Notes under the pieces: generated by a model | Seen by the model: the letters and a program-made list of their open reading frames with translations, nothing else | Database searches by the model: none | Told to the model about the DNA's origin: nothing | Made by a program: the position numbers and the translations under genes | NCBI GenBank assembly: GCA_964533775.1 | Contig: CAZHNE010000001.1 | Coordinates: 3,781-67,780 of the forward strand | Direction of reading: 5' to 3' | Length of the DNA stretch: 64,000 bases | From: an uncultured Spirochaetaceae bacterium | Lineage (GTDB): Bacteria; Spirochaetota; Spirochaetia; Sphaerochaetales; Sphaerochaetaceae | Part shown: one piece after another, positions 52,973 through 63,611 of the stretch | Position numbering within the stretch: position 1 is the stretch's first letter | Layout: every line of letters begins with the position of its first letter

Positions 52973-53119
52973 GATAATCCCTTTAAATTAGTAGTTGTTT
53001 ACAAAGTCTTTAACGTGTAGAAGTTAAAACTTAAGTTTGTGATTGCTATAAGTAATTAAAACCTAAAAGTAAATTAAGAGTTACAAATAACAATATTTAC
53101 TAATTACTTAAAGCTCTTA

Positions 53120-54019
53120 TTAACCTTTTACCTTTAAATACTCTTTAATTTTACTCTTTTGAGTATACCCTATAATAATAAAAAGAAATATTAAACAAAC
53201 AATCTCAAAGTATGTAGCAAAAGGAGATTCATTTCTTTTAATAAACAGGGGAACTGATGAAAGAGCAGAGTTTTCGTAAGTACTAAAAAAAGTTACTACA
53301 AAGTTATTTGCTAGGTGGATTGCAATTGCAATCTCTAAGCCAGAGGTAAATAGTATAGAAAGAGTAGCTAAACTTCCAAACACAAAATAATAAGTTATTG
53401 CTTTAATAAAGTAAGAGTTAACTTCTGGGTTACTTAAATGTGGAATTACAAAAACCATACCAACAAGAATTGAAATTAAAAGGGATAAGAATAAAGCGTT
53501 TTTTTTGTTTTTAAAAGCGTCGTAATCCCTTATAAAGATTTTAACAATAATAGCTCTAAAGAGTATCTCTTCCCCTATTACTTGAAGGGGAGTTAAAATT
53601 AAAGTAAATGGAATAATTAACAATCTTTGAACTGTTTTGTCTTTAATAAACTCTAGATTGTATAAATTGAGAAAAGAACCAATTAAAACAGCTGAAACTA
53701 AAAAAGCAAAAGAAAATAAGAATACTTTTATAAAGAGTGTGTTATCAATAAACCCGTCCATATTAATAAGGGATTTAAACTTTATATTGTTTATATATTT
53801 AAAGGCAAAGTAAAATCCAAGCCACATACTTAAAAAAGGTAAATTAGCCCCAATATATTTATATAACTCAGAGTTAATGAAAATGTTGTTTTTGTCTAAA
53901 TTAAAAGAAACATTAGAATAAATATTAATTATAGATGAGCCAAGCAGTAGCCAAAATAGTGTTATCACAAAAAAAGATATAATCCATAATATTCTATTGT
54001 TTGTGTTTTTTTTCATCAT
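53120..54019 (-). CDS. CPBP (CAAX) family intramembrane glutamic endopeptidase
   Basis: EEILFRA and HLANN motifs in a polytopic protein. Confidence 0.75.
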   Translation of the reverse strand: MMKKNTNNRILWIISFFVITLFWLLLGSSIINIYSNVSFNLDKNNIFINSELYKYIGANLPFLSMWLGFYFAFKYINNIKFKSLINMDGFIDNTLFIKVFLFSFAFLVSAVLIGSFLNLYNLEFIKDKTVQRLLIIPFTLILTPLQVIGEEILFRAIIVKIFIRDYDAFKNKKNALFLSLLISILVGMVFVIPHLSNPEVNSYFIKAITYYFVFGSLATLSILFTSGLEIAIAIHLANNFVVTFFSTYENSALSSVPLFIKRNESPFATYFEIVCLIFLFIIIGYTQKSKIKEYLKVKG

Positions 54020-54132
54020 TATTCCTTTTGCCTATCGTAAAGCGAGTTTAAAAATAAAAGCCAATTCAATTTATAAAAGATGGGTTGTGTAGTATAATAA
54101 CTGTTATAGAAATATTTTTAAATAGGTAAATT

Positions 54133-56817
54133 ATGAATAAGAAAACTGTTTTCAATGAATTAAATAAAGGTAGAACTTGTGTTTTTCACAACGAAGTTAT
54201 AGCAAGACATTATGCGATTGAATATGCTTTACAATATGGAGTGTTAAAATCAAGTAGAGCTATTTCATACGATACTTTTAAGCAGTTTTTTTTGTCAAAG
54301 AATAAAAATTTACTAGAAGTTACTGATCAAGTAAGAGAGTTTTTCATAATAGACTTTTTACAAAACAACAAGTTAAAATATTTAATTAACAATGAATATC
54401 CTGAGTCTATTAATAGATTCACTTCATACTTAGTAAATATATTAAAACAATTAAAAAGAGCTGTTGAAAGCAGTATTTTTGATACTTTAGAAGAAGAATT
54501 TAAGTATGATGTGAACTTATTATACTCTTGCTATAATGAGTTTTTAAGAACTCATAATTTGTTTGAACCTAGTTATGAAAATGTTTCTTTAGATAATGTA
54601 GATAAAGACTTATTAGATAAGGAATATTCTATAATTGCCGCAGATACTAAAGTTGGTTGTAAAGAGTTTATAAATAGTCTTAAAAACCCTTCTTTTATTC
54701 ATTTGATAAATGTAGAAGATTTAGATACAGAAGATGAGAGTTATAAAAACAATTTTAAATTACTCTCTTTTAATAATATTGATGAAGTTCACAACACTTT
54801 GTTTAGAGAAATAAAAAAACTTCTAGAGGGCAATATCTTAGCTAGAGATATTGCAATTACTCTTTGTTCGTTTGATAAGGATATACAAGATATTGAGTTA
54901 GGAGCTAAAAAGTTTTGTGTCCCTATTTCTAAAGCAAAAGGCTATAGTTTAAGTAAATATCCTGGAGGAAAATACTTAATATATTTGGCTAACCTTTATG
55001 AAAATAATTTTGCACTTGATGATATGAAGAGTTTCTTTTTAGAAAGAGCTTTCCCTTTTGAAGACTTTAGTTTAAATAGAGAGCTAATTAGATATGCCTT
55101 AGATGCTAATATTGATCATGGGAGTAATAAGTACGAGTTAGATTACTGGCTCATTCGCTTGAGAAAAAATAATAAGTTATATAGTTTTTATAAAAAGTTT
55201 AAAAATTTAGTTATTAAAATTAATACATCCCATACAGTTAAAGATCTTAGAGTTACTCTTCTTAGTTTAGAAAATCTAATTTTAAAGAAAAATAAGGGCT
55301 GGATTGATACAAGGGGTGAAGAGAGTTACCGCTACGCTATAGATAAACTAGATTCAATAAATACTGCCATGCAAATTAGTGGAACAAAATCATCAAAACA
55401 ACTCTTTAAATTATATATAAAGCTTTTAGAAAAAGAAAATTATGTTGAGCAGGGTAAAAGAGACGGTGTTAAAATATTTGAATATCCTCTTTCCGCTTCC
55501 TTAGATATTCCATATCATTTTGTTGTAGATTTAAACAGTAAAACTTGTGAAGTTGTTGATAAACCTTTATCTTTGTTGCCGCCAACAGTTGAGGATTTGG
55601 AGCTAAGACAAGAGGAAGATTTAACTAACAATGTAATTAAAGATTATTGTTTTAACAGTGGACTCACTTACTTTTTTTACAGTGAGACAAATTATGATGG
55701 TGCACAAATAGCTCCTTCAGCCTTTATGGAAAATAATACTATCCAAAAACATACCTTTAACTTAAATTACACACCTTATATTGATGAAATAGAGCTTTGG
55801 GGATCTTCTACAGATAATGCATCTTTAACGCACTTTCAAAGTAAGTCAATAAATAAAGCAATTAACAATATATTGAAATTTAGCCCAGATGGCTATGTAA
55901 ATGAAAAAATTGAAAAAGAAGTAAATGAAGCAATACTAGAAAAAATAAAAAAAGATAATTCCTTAAACTTTTCTGCAACTAGTATTAATTTATTTACTAG
56001 GTGCCCTTATGCTTTTGCTTTAAAGTATTTATTTGGCGTCCAAAAGCAAGAGTATAATGTTGTTCATTACTCTGCTAAAGATATTGGAACAGTAATTCAT
56101 GAAGTATTTCAAATCTTTTTTACAAAAGTAATGAAAGAAGATAAACAGTTTTACAGCTCAAACAAAGAAAAGTATATTCTTTGGTTAGAAGAGATAAAGA
56201 ATGATCAATTACAAAAATATTTTGATAGTGAAAAAGCTCCTCCTTTTTCAACTCAAGTTTATATATTAGATGAGTATAAAAACTTTGCCCAAGATTTTAT
56301 AAATATGGAAATTGAAAAGTTTAATACTTGTAGATCTGATGAAATGGAACAAAGCTATGTGTCAGTTGAACAAATTAATATTAATGATAAAAACCATTTT
56401 TATTCATTAAATGGAAAAATTGACAGAGTTGTTAACTTAGGAGATGGTGAGTTTGCTATTGTTGATTATAAAACTGGTAATGCCCCTATAGGGGTTACTT
56501 GGTATAAAAAAGCATATGAAGAAAAAAGAGTTGATTTTCCAGATTATCAGTTTCCTTGTTATAAAAAGCTTTTAGAAAAGAAAGGTGGAGATGTTGTAAC
56601 AGCTTGTTACTACTCAACAAGAGAAGGTAAATATTTTAATATGTGGGATAAGGGTTATCCCGAAGAATTAGAAGATATAGATTTTACTTTTAATTTAACT
56701 ATGCATAACACTATATCTAAAATCTTAAGTGGAGATTTTATAGCAACACCATCTCAAGAAAATTGTAAATATTGTGATTATAGGCAAGTCTGTAGAACGA
56801 GGTACTCAACAAAGTAA
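54133..56817 (+). CDS. addB: AddB-like PD-(D/E)XK nuclease subunit with Fe-S staple cysteines
   Basis: RCPYAF, then IDRVV..IVDYKTG, then CKYCDYRQVC (C-x2-C-x5-C). No Walker A visible. Stop overlaps the addA start. Confidence 0.7.
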   Translation: MNKKTVFNELNKGRTCVFHNEVIARHYAIEYALQYGVLKSSRAISYDTFKQFFLSKNKNLLEVTDQVREFFIIDFLQNNKLKYLINNEYPESINRFTSYLVNILKQLKRAVESSIFDTLEEEFKYDVNLLYSCYNEFLRTHNLFEPSYENVSLDNVDKDLLDKEYSIIAADTKVGCKEFINSLKNPSFIHLINVEDLDTEDESYKNNFKLLSFNNIDEVHNTLFREIKKLLEGNILARDIAITLCSFDKDIQDIELGAKKFCVPISKAKGYSLSKYPGGKYLIYLANLYENNFALDDMKSFFLERAFPFEDFSLNRELIRYALDANIDHGSNKYELDYWLIRLRKNNKLYSFYKKFKNLVIKINTSHTVKDLRVTLLSLENLILKKNKGWIDTRGEESYRYAIDKLDSINTAMQISGTKSSKQLFKLYIKLLEKENYVEQGKRDGVKIFEYPLSASLDIPYHFVVDLNSKTCEVVDKPLSLLPPTVEDLELRQEEDLTNNVIKDYCFNSGLTYFFYSETNYDGAQIAPSAFMENNTIQKHTFNLNYTPYIDEIELWGSSTDNASLTHFQSKSINKAINNILKFSPDGYVNEKIEKEVNEAILEKIKKDNSLNFSATSINLFTRCPYAFALKYLFGVQKQEYNVVHYSAKDIGTVIHEVFQIFFTKVMKEDKQFYSSNKEKYILWLEEIKNDQLQKYFDSEKAPPFSTQVYILDEYKNFAQDFINMEIEKFNTCRSDEMEQSYVSVEQININDKNHFYSLNGKIDRVVNLGDGEFAIVDYKTGNAPIGVTWYKKAYEEKRVDFPDYQFPCYKKLLEKKGGDVVTACYYSTREGKYFNMWDKGYPEELEDIDFTFNLTMHNTISKILSGDFIATPSQENCKYCDYRQVCRTRYSTK

Positions 56818-59800
56818 TGAATAAAATAGAAATTGAAAAATTATTAGAAAGTAAACACGATTTAACTAGTGAACAAAGAGAGGCTGTTGAATGCTTTAAG
56901 AACTGTGTTGTTAAGGCAGGTGCCGGTGCTGGAAAAACAATGGTGCTTTCTTATCGGTTTATAAATTTAATATTAAAAAACAAAGCCAATTGTGATGAAA
57001 TCTTAACATTAACATTTACAAAAAAAGCAGCAGCTGAAATGTATGAAAGAATTTATCAACAATTAATTTCTCTTAAAGATAAATCCCCTATTATTGCCAA
57101 GCAATTAACTCTTTTTAATAAAGCAACAATATCTACTATTGATTCTTTTTGTAACAAAATTGTACAGCAAGACTGTATTAGATACGGAATTCCAAGTGAC
57201 TTTACAATAGATAATAATAAGGCCTCTCAAATAACAAGAAGATGTGTTCAACAACTCGTTGAGCAAGATGATATTTTACCTGGATTTAAGTTTTTATCAA
57301 AAGCTTATCATCCAAACAATCTTATAGATAAAGTCCTAGTAAAGTTAGCAAATTCATCTTTTTATTTTCCCCTAGAATTTGATAAAGAGCCTGTGTTTGA
57401 AAAATGTAACAACTTAATTGATGGCACAATAAGAGAAAATGCTGAAAAGATGTTTTATCTTTTTAAAACAATAAGCGAAGATGATTTTGGTAGTTTAACC
57501 CCTGCAGCTAGTAAAAATGTAGAAAGCATACAACAAATATATGAAGAATTAAAAACTTATGATGCTGAAAATAAGAGCTTTGTAGAAAAGCTTTCACTCA
57601 TCACTATTCCCTTACCTAGAGTATCTAAGAAAAATGATAGAACAATAGAGTTAAATTCTCTTTGTAAAGAACTACGAGAAGTACTTTTAGAGATTACTCC
57701 CTTTTATCACATAAAATTTAACAATCATTTAGAAGATGTTGTTAATGCATTAGAAAAATTAAAAAATATGATTTTTGAAGAAAAAAGAAAATCAGGAATA
57801 TTAACATTTAGTGACATCTCTAATTTAGCTGTCGATATATTATTAAAAAATAAAAAAATTAGAAAAATTTATAAAGAAAAATATAAGTTTATCATGGTTG
57901 ATGAGTTTCAAGACAACAACCAACTTCAAAAAGATTTAACTTACCTTTTGAGTGAAAATAAAAATGAGTTTAATGATGTTGTTCCTAATATAACTTCTAT
58001 AGAAAAAAATAAATTGTTTTTTGTAGGAGATGAAAAACAAAGTATTTACATGTTTAGAGGAGCTGATGTTTCTGTATTTAAAGCCTTATCAGATGAAATA
58101 GCTAGTAATGGCGGAAGAGTTGTTAACTTAGGTGTTAATTATAGAAGTGAACCAAAGCTAATTGATTATTTTAATAAAGCGTTTGAAAAAGTTTTTGAAA
58201 ATCCTAAAGAAAACTTTGAAGCAACTTTCGATTCTTTAAATTATAGAGCTCCAAAAGACGGTATAGATCCTAAAATTGAGTTATACATTAAGAGTGAAGA
58301 AAGTCAGTCTTTAGTAACAGGGGATGTGGAGGAGGCCTCTTCATCGGCTTGTGAAGCAACAAAAGTTGCTAAAATTATAAATAAAATGCTTAAAACAGAT
58401 GAGTATTTAATTCCCTCCTCACAAGGGAATAGGCGCCCTAATGTTGATGATATAGCTATTCTTATGAGAAGCAAAAACCAACAAATTGAGTTTGAAAAAG
58501 CATTAAGAGCAAAAAAAATACCTTTTATTATTCAAGATAACAAAGCATTTCCCTTAGAAGCGTTATCAAATGATCTATACAATATTTTACAGCTTTTAAT
58601 ATATCCTGATGATACATTAGCTTATACAAGCGTATTAAAAGGACCATTTGGAGCTATAAGTGAGAAATCAATTATTTTTTTACTACAAGCTCAAAATTGT
58701 GAGAGTTTATTTGAATGTAATATAACACTAGATAAGGATGATCAAAACAAGTTGCAACACTTAAAAACAACCTTTGATGACCTTATAGAACTTTCAAAAG
58801 ATAACGATATATCTTCGTTATTAAATTATCTTTGGTGGGATTGTGGGCTTAGGTATTACTATGTTTGTGAACCTAATTACCATCTATATATTGATAACTA
58901 CAGCTATTTGTATAGGATGGCTAAAAAGTATGATGACAACCAACTCTCATTAACAGTCTTTTTAGATGATATTAGAGACAACTTAGGTTCAAGTTCAACT
59001 CAAGACGAGGTAGATGTATTAAGAGAACAATCAGCAGGCGTTCAATTGATGACTATTCATAAATCAAAGGGTTTAGAGTTCCCCATTGTAATTGTTGCTA
59101 GTATGGGAGTTGAAATGAATAGAAACACTATAGATTTTTCTATTGAAAACAATATTCCTGTACCAAAACATTGTATTTCACTAAACATGAAAAAGAAAAA
59201 AGAAAAGTATGACAGTGTTTTTATTGATAAGGCAGCTCAATTAAACCAAGAGATGAAATTAGCTGAAGTAAAAAGAGTCTTATATGTTGCCCTAACAAGA
59301 GCAGAAACACATTTAATTATGACTGGAACAATAAGACGGAATATAGAAAGTGATATTAAGGATAAAAGCGATAAAACTCTTTTGGCTATGATATATAACG
59401 CCTCAATGGATGAAAATGGAAAAGTTCTCCCTCATTTAAAAGTGAAAGATATCGAAGTAGTTGATATATATGAAAATTACGTAAAGGTTGAGAAAAAACC
59501 AATTCTTGAGAGGAAATTATTTTTAACTAATCAAAATTTTTATCAAGTGAATCAACCAAACTATGATACAAGTTCAAAAAGTATAGGAGTTACAACATTA
59601 GTTGGATACGTTGATGATGGTGAAGGGGAAAATGGAGAAGCGCTCCCATTATCAAAAGTAGATAGCTTGTTAGAAAAATTAAGTGAAAGAGATGAAAGAG
59701 TGTTTACAGATTTTGGAACTCTATGCCATATATATGTTCAGGCTCTTGTCTCGCAAAAACCCTTATTACCTTTAAAGGATGAATCAATATTGTCAAAAGG

Positions 59801-60185
59801 GTCTTCTCTTTCTAAATTAACTCCACCACAAATTGAATTAATCCAATCAGTTGCACAAGGGTATGCAAAAGCTTTTATAGAGAGTGATTTTTATACAGAA
59901 TATGTAAAAGACAGTGAGAGTAAGTGTGAGGTAGGATTTTTCTCTAGAGTAGAAAAAACTAGTGATCAGATCTTAGTAGTAGAGGGATTTATAGATTTAT
60001 TAATTAAAGATAGGGATAATAACTTTATTGTAGTAGATTTTAAGACTGATAAGTTTAGAAATCCTGAAATACATAAAATGCAAATAGAAACTTACATAAC
60101 AGCTGTTAAGAGAATGTATCCTAACAGCTGTGTAAGAGGCTGTATTGTCTACCTTAGAGAAAAGGATAGAGAATATTTTTATTGA
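56817..60185 (+). CDS. addA: AddA/RecB-like UvrD-family helicase-nuclease
   Basis: Walker A GAGAGKT, VDEFQDNN, TIHKSKGLEF, VALTRA, and a C-terminal nuclease motif GFIDLL...VVDFKTD. Confidence 0.85.
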   Translation: MNKIEIEKLLESKHDLTSEQREAVECFKNCVVKAGAGAGKTMVLSYRFINLILKNKANCDEILTLTFTKKAAAEMYERIYQQLISLKDKSPIIAKQLTLFNKATISTIDSFCNKIVQQDCIRYGIPSDFTIDNNKASQITRRCVQQLVEQDDILPGFKFLSKAYHPNNLIDKVLVKLANSSFYFPLEFDKEPVFEKCNNLIDGTIRENAEKMFYLFKTISEDDFGSLTPAASKNVESIQQIYEELKTYDAENKSFVEKLSLITIPLPRVSKKNDRTIELNSLCKELREVLLEITPFYHIKFNNHLEDVVNALEKLKNMIFEEKRKSGILTFSDISNLAVDILLKNKKIRKIYKEKYKFIMVDEFQDNNQLQKDLTYLLSENKNEFNDVVPNITSIEKNKLFFVGDEKQSIYMFRGADVSVFKALSDEIASNGGRVVNLGVNYRSEPKLIDYFNKAFEKVFENPKENFEATFDSLNYRAPKDGIDPKIELYIKSEESQSLVTGDVEEASSSACEATKVAKIINKMLKTDEYLIPSSQGNRRPNVDDIAILMRSKNQQIEFEKALRAKKIPFIIQDNKAFPLEALSNDLYNILQLLIYPDDTLAYTSVLKGPFGAISEKSIIFLLQAQNCESLFECNITLDKDDQNKLQHLKTTFDDLIELSKDNDISSLLNYLWWDCGLRYYYVCEPNYHLYIDNYSYLYRMAKKYDDNQLSLTVFLDDIRDNLGSSSTQDEVDVLREQSAGVQLMTIHKSKGLEFPIVIVASMGVEMNRNTIDFSIENNIPVPKHCISLNMKKKKEKYDSVFIDKAAQLNQEMKLAEVKRVLYVALTRAETHLIMTGTIRRNIESDIKDKSDKTLLAMIYNASMDENGKVLPHLKVKDIEVVDIYENYVKVEKKPILERKLFLTNQNFYQVNQPNYDTSSKSIGVTTLVGYVDDGEGENGEALPLSKVDSLLEKLSERDERVFTDFGTLCHIYVQALVSQKPLLPLKDESILSKGSSLSKLTPPQIELIQSVAQGYAKAFIESDFYTEYVKDSESKCEVGFFSRVEKTSDQILVVEGFIDLLIKDRDNNFIVVDFKTDKFRNPEIHKMQIETYITAVKRMYPNSCVRGCIVYLREKDREYFY

Positions 60186-61525
60186 ACACTTCCAATTTCT
60201 ATAGCACTAAATCCATTGTTAATCCATTTTGGAGCTTCATTAAAAGCTTTTTGAACAAGCAAGAGTAAAAACTCTAAATTAGCACCTTCTTGTTGTGAAA
60301 AGTGTGTTGATAAGAAAAAGTTTCTAATAATTTGTGATGAATCATCTCCACAGTTATTAACATAGCTATTAAAAATTCGTCTAAAGATTTGAATATTATC
60401 TTTGAAAAATCCGCCAAGACGAATGTAGTAGTTTTCAAGGTTGATGTAATTTTCTGTTTCTTTTAAATAGCTTCTGTCTAAGTATTTAAACAATTCTTCT
60501 TTGCTTAAAACTAAGAACTTTTTTCTTGCTTGGTTTTGTCTTATAGTTTCAAAGCTATATTCTGTTATAAGGTTCGTATCTAAAGGGGATAGTCCAGTAT
60601 CTTTGTTTTTATTTTTCCTATAATTAGTGAAACCGTTTGGATCTATTTTTTGAAGTGTTTCATCCCTAAATAAATCAAAGCTCCAATCATAAATTCTATC
60701 TGTTACAAAATAGTTCTCAAACAAAAATATATTACTCTCATTATTAAAGTATGTAAAAATTGTTTTTATTTCTTCTCGGCTTATTTTTATGTCTTTGTAA
60801 TAAATTTTTAAAAGTCTTTGAAAGTTTTTAATTGAAATAACTCCGTAAAAGTTTGTTGCTGCTACTGCTGTTTGCCAAACTTTTTCAAAATTAGTCTTTG
60901 AAAGGCCCTTAACTGAAGTTTGAGCATTTTCAAACCACGTTTGTTTAATTCTCTCTTTTCTGCTTCTTCCATAACATAACCAAGATGTTTGGTTAGTAAT
61001 TGCTTCAATCATTTTAGCTTCCAATCCCTTATCCCAGGTTGGTAGCTTAAATGGTTCTAATAAGAACTTAGAGAAAGAGCATTTTGATATTATTTTGTGT
61101 GTGTTTACATAATTACTAAATCTAAAAGCGAATAATTGTTTATTATTAACTAAATCTTTATTTATTTGACAGCAGTAAGCAAATAGTTCTTCACCCTTTT
61201 GGCAAAGAGGTAAGTCGTATGAATCTTGGTAATCTTTAATATCTTCCCAAGTAATGGTGTCCCAAGGTTTGTACTCATTTTTAGCTGCAAAAACTTCTTC
61301 TGTTCTATCATAAGTAATATCAAAATATATGATTTTTAAAATATCATCTTTTACAATATATTCTGAGCTTTCACTTTCTTTGAGTGCTTTTTGAATTGAT
61401 GTAGCTTTTACCCCTTTTAAAGAGGGATGTATTTTATTTGTTATATCTTCTAGCTTTACAGCACCAAAGCGATTAGCTAAGCCTTTTGCAGCAATATCTA
61501 CCGCATTTTTTTGTTCATCTGTCAT
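60179..61525 (-). CDS. Hypothetical protein, 448 aa, no recognisable domain
   Basis: Long ORF with coding-like composition. ATG at 61525 with AGGAG 5 nt upstream (the track start 61582 would overlap the upstream gene). Confidence 0.5.
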   Translation of the reverse strand: MTDEQKNAVDIAAKGLANRFGAVKLEDITNKIHPSLKGVKATSIQKALKESESSEYIVKDDILKIIYFDITYDRTEEVFAAKNEYKPWDTITWEDIKDYQDSYDLPLCQKGEELFAYCCQINKDLVNNKQLFAFRFSNYVNTHKIISKCSFSKFLLEPFKLPTWDKGLEAKMIEAITNQTSWLCYGRSRKERIKQTWFENAQTSVKGLSKTNFEKVWQTAVAATNFYGVISIKNFQRLLKIYYKDIKISREEIKTIFTYFNNESNIFLFENYFVTDRIYDWSFDLFRDETLQKIDPNGFTNYRKNKNKDTGLSPLDTNLITEYSFETIRQNQARKKFLVLSKEELFKYLDRSYLKETENYINLENYYIRLGGFFKDNIQIFRRIFNSYVNNCGDDSSQIIRNFFLSTHFSQQEGANLEFLLLLVQKAFNEAPKWINNGFSAIEIGSVQ

Positions 61526-61559
61526 CTTATCTCCTAAGTTTGTGTTATAATTGTGTTCT

Positions 61560-62810
61560 TTAATTATTATATTTTTTTTCAAGCTCGTTTACTGCTTTTT
61601 CAACTTTTAACAAAGCATCCTTTATACTTTCTAGATTTGTAGCAAAGTTAAACCGTACATACCCTTTATAGTCTTCTCCACCAAACCATGAGCCATCATT
61701 TAAACAAATTCCTGCTCTTTGACCAAAGAATAGTGAAAGAAGACCAGCTTCAGATGCTGTTTCTAAGTTGTATAAGTCCTTATTATCCTTTGCATCCCTT
61801 TCAACAAGAGGCATTAAGCTAGTACAGTCCCAAAAGCAAACAAATGAAGCTTGAGCTTTTAGTACTTTAATATTAGGTACGTTTTTGGCCATAAAGGATT
61901 CGATGTATCGTGTGTTGTTTTCTAGTACTTCAACTGTTTCTAAAAGCCAAGGAAGGCATTTATCATATGCTTCTCTAGCAACTGTAGTTGAAAAGTATGG
62001 TGAAGAGCTGTAATGAAGGTTGCTTCTAAAGGTATCAAACTTTTTCTTTAGTTCTAAATCATTAAATAAGGAGACTGAGAAAAACTCTCCCGCTATATTA
62101 AAAGTTTTAGATGGTGCCATTGCAACCATTGTTTTTGTATTTTTTTCTTTAGCTATATCGATGAAACTATAAAACTTTTGATCTTTAAAAACTAAATCTG
62201 CATGAATTTCATCACTAATTACAAAAACATCGTGTTTATTAGCAATATCACAAATCATTTCTAGAGTTTCTTTTGGATAAACTTTTCCTGAAGGGTTGTG
62301 AGGAGAACAAAGTATTAAAACTTTTGCCCTTTTGCAAAGATCATCAAATAGTGAAAAGTCTAAATCACAAGAATCTTCAGTTCTTTTTAATTTCCAAGGT
62401 AACACTTCTAAATCTAAGTTTTTAGTTATATCTATAAAAGGTTTATAAGACGGAAAAGGAATAATTACTCCATCTCCCTTTTTACAATTAAGATAAAGCA
62501 TAGTTGCAATTGCATTTAATACACCTTGACCAATTGATATTTGTGATTCTTTAACAGTTAAATTATGCCTATTTTTCACAAAATTGATAAAGATTTCTTT
62601 TATATCACAATATGAGGTATATCCATAAGTTTCAAAGTTTACAACTTCTTTAGCTGCCTTAGATATTTCAGGTGCCGCTTTATATTCCATATCGGCTACC
62701 CAATAAGGCGTTGCATTTTCATTACCACAAAAGTTTTTTATTTTATCTTTATTCCACTTTATGCACGGTGTCTTATCCCGTTGCGCTACATTGTCAAAAT
62801 CATAATTCAT
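61560..62810 (-). CDS. Class I/II PLP-dependent aminotransferase fold, MalY/PatB-like C-S lyase
   Basis: Overall resemblance to the MalY/PatB family (..CSPHNPSGKVY.., SDEIHADL, SKTFNIAG with the PLP Lys). Confidence 0.75.
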   Translation of the reverse strand: MNYDFDNVAQRDKTPCIKWNKDKIKNFCGNENATPYWVADMEYKAAPEISKAAKEVVNFETYGYTSYCDIKEIFINFVKNRHNLTVKESQISIGQGVLNAIATMLYLNCKKGDGVIIPFPSYKPFIDITKNLDLEVLPWKLKRTEDSCDLDFSLFDDLCKRAKVLILCSPHNPSGKVYPKETLEMICDIANKHDVFVISDEIHADLVFKDQKFYSFIDIAKEKNTKTMVAMAPSKTFNIAGEFFSVSLFNDLELKKKFDTFRSNLHYSSSPYFSTTVAREAYDKCLPWLLETVEVLENNTRYIESFMAKNVPNIKVLKAQASFVCFWDCTSLMPLVERDAKDNKDLYNLETASEAGLLSLFFGQRAGICLNDGSWFGGEDYKGYVRFNFATNLESIKDALLKVEKAVNELEKKYNN

Positions 62811-62815
62811 TGTTG

Positions 62816-63601
62816 TTAACTCCTATATAGATGATTGAAATTTCCTTTTGGGTTTTTATATCTTTTTCCATTGTCTTTTTGCTTTTTTATTGCATTTTCT
62901 GGACAAGTATTAATACAGTTGGTACAAGCATAACAATTATTGTGAAAAACGGGTCTTCCGTTTTCAAAAGTTATATTGTTAGCAGGGCAACTTTGGTAAC
63001 AAAGCCTACAGCTTGTGCAATCATCTGTTACAACAAACTTTTCACTAAAACATCTTGCATAGTACCTGTTTGCATAAAAAGAAAGTTTAGAATATGTTGT
63101 TGTAAACATTCTGAACTTTGGGAATCTAAACTTTTCTTCTTTTAAATCCTGGATTACACTATCAATTTTTATATCTGCTTCATCATATATGACTTTGCTT
63201 TTTTCTGCATCTGTTGGGTTTATTACATTTAAAGGCATTTTGATGTTATTAACATACGTTGTTGCTACACCAAAATCCTTAAACATCTTTTCAACCCTTA
63301 TGTGGGCCCATTTTGGAGATTTCCCGGATGCGGTAGTAACAACGTATAAAAAGTTTAATGACATAAAGTTTTTAATAGTTGAAAAGAGCTCTTTCATTTT
63401 TTCTTCTACAACAAAAGGCTCTCTAAAGAGATGGACTGGAAATACTAAACCTAACCTTTCGGGAAGTTCGAACGTTTTGATATCAAGTTCATTTAGCATA
63501 ACAATGTTATTGTGGTTTTGTGATTGTGCTATTTTTTGTGCTACATAGTAACTGTTTCCTGTTCCTGAAAAGCAAATAATTAAATCTTTCATATTTTTCA
63601 T
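62816..63601 (-). CDS. Flavodoxin-like + 2x[4Fe-4S] ferredoxin protein (EFR1-type)
   Basis: N-terminus ICFSGTGNSYYVA and two CxxCxxCxxxCP motifs (CTSCRLCYQSCP, CYACTNCINTCP). Confidence 0.7.
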   Translation of the reverse strand: MKNMKDLIICFSGTGNSYYVAQKIAQSQNHNNIVMLNELDIKTFELPERLGLVFPVHLFREPFVVEEKMKELFSTIKNFMSLNFLYVVTTASGKSPKWAHIRVEKMFKDFGVATTYVNNIKMPLNVINPTDAEKSKVIYDEADIKIDSVIQDLKEEKFRFPKFRMFTTTYSKLSFYANRYYARCFSEKFVVTDDCTSCRLCYQSCPANNITFENGRPVFHNNCYACTNCINTCPENAIKKQKDNGKRYKNPKGNFNHLYRS

Positions 63602-63611
63602 CCCTGGGTTT

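Noticed and set aside
51935-60185. Nuclease + CPBP protease + helicase-nuclease pair interpreted as a phage-defence island
   Set aside because: The genes are in three separate transcription units with different orientations. The helicase-nuclease pair has the complete AddAB motif set, indicating housekeeping repair. No methyltransferase, toxin, mobile-element or hypervariable flank is present.
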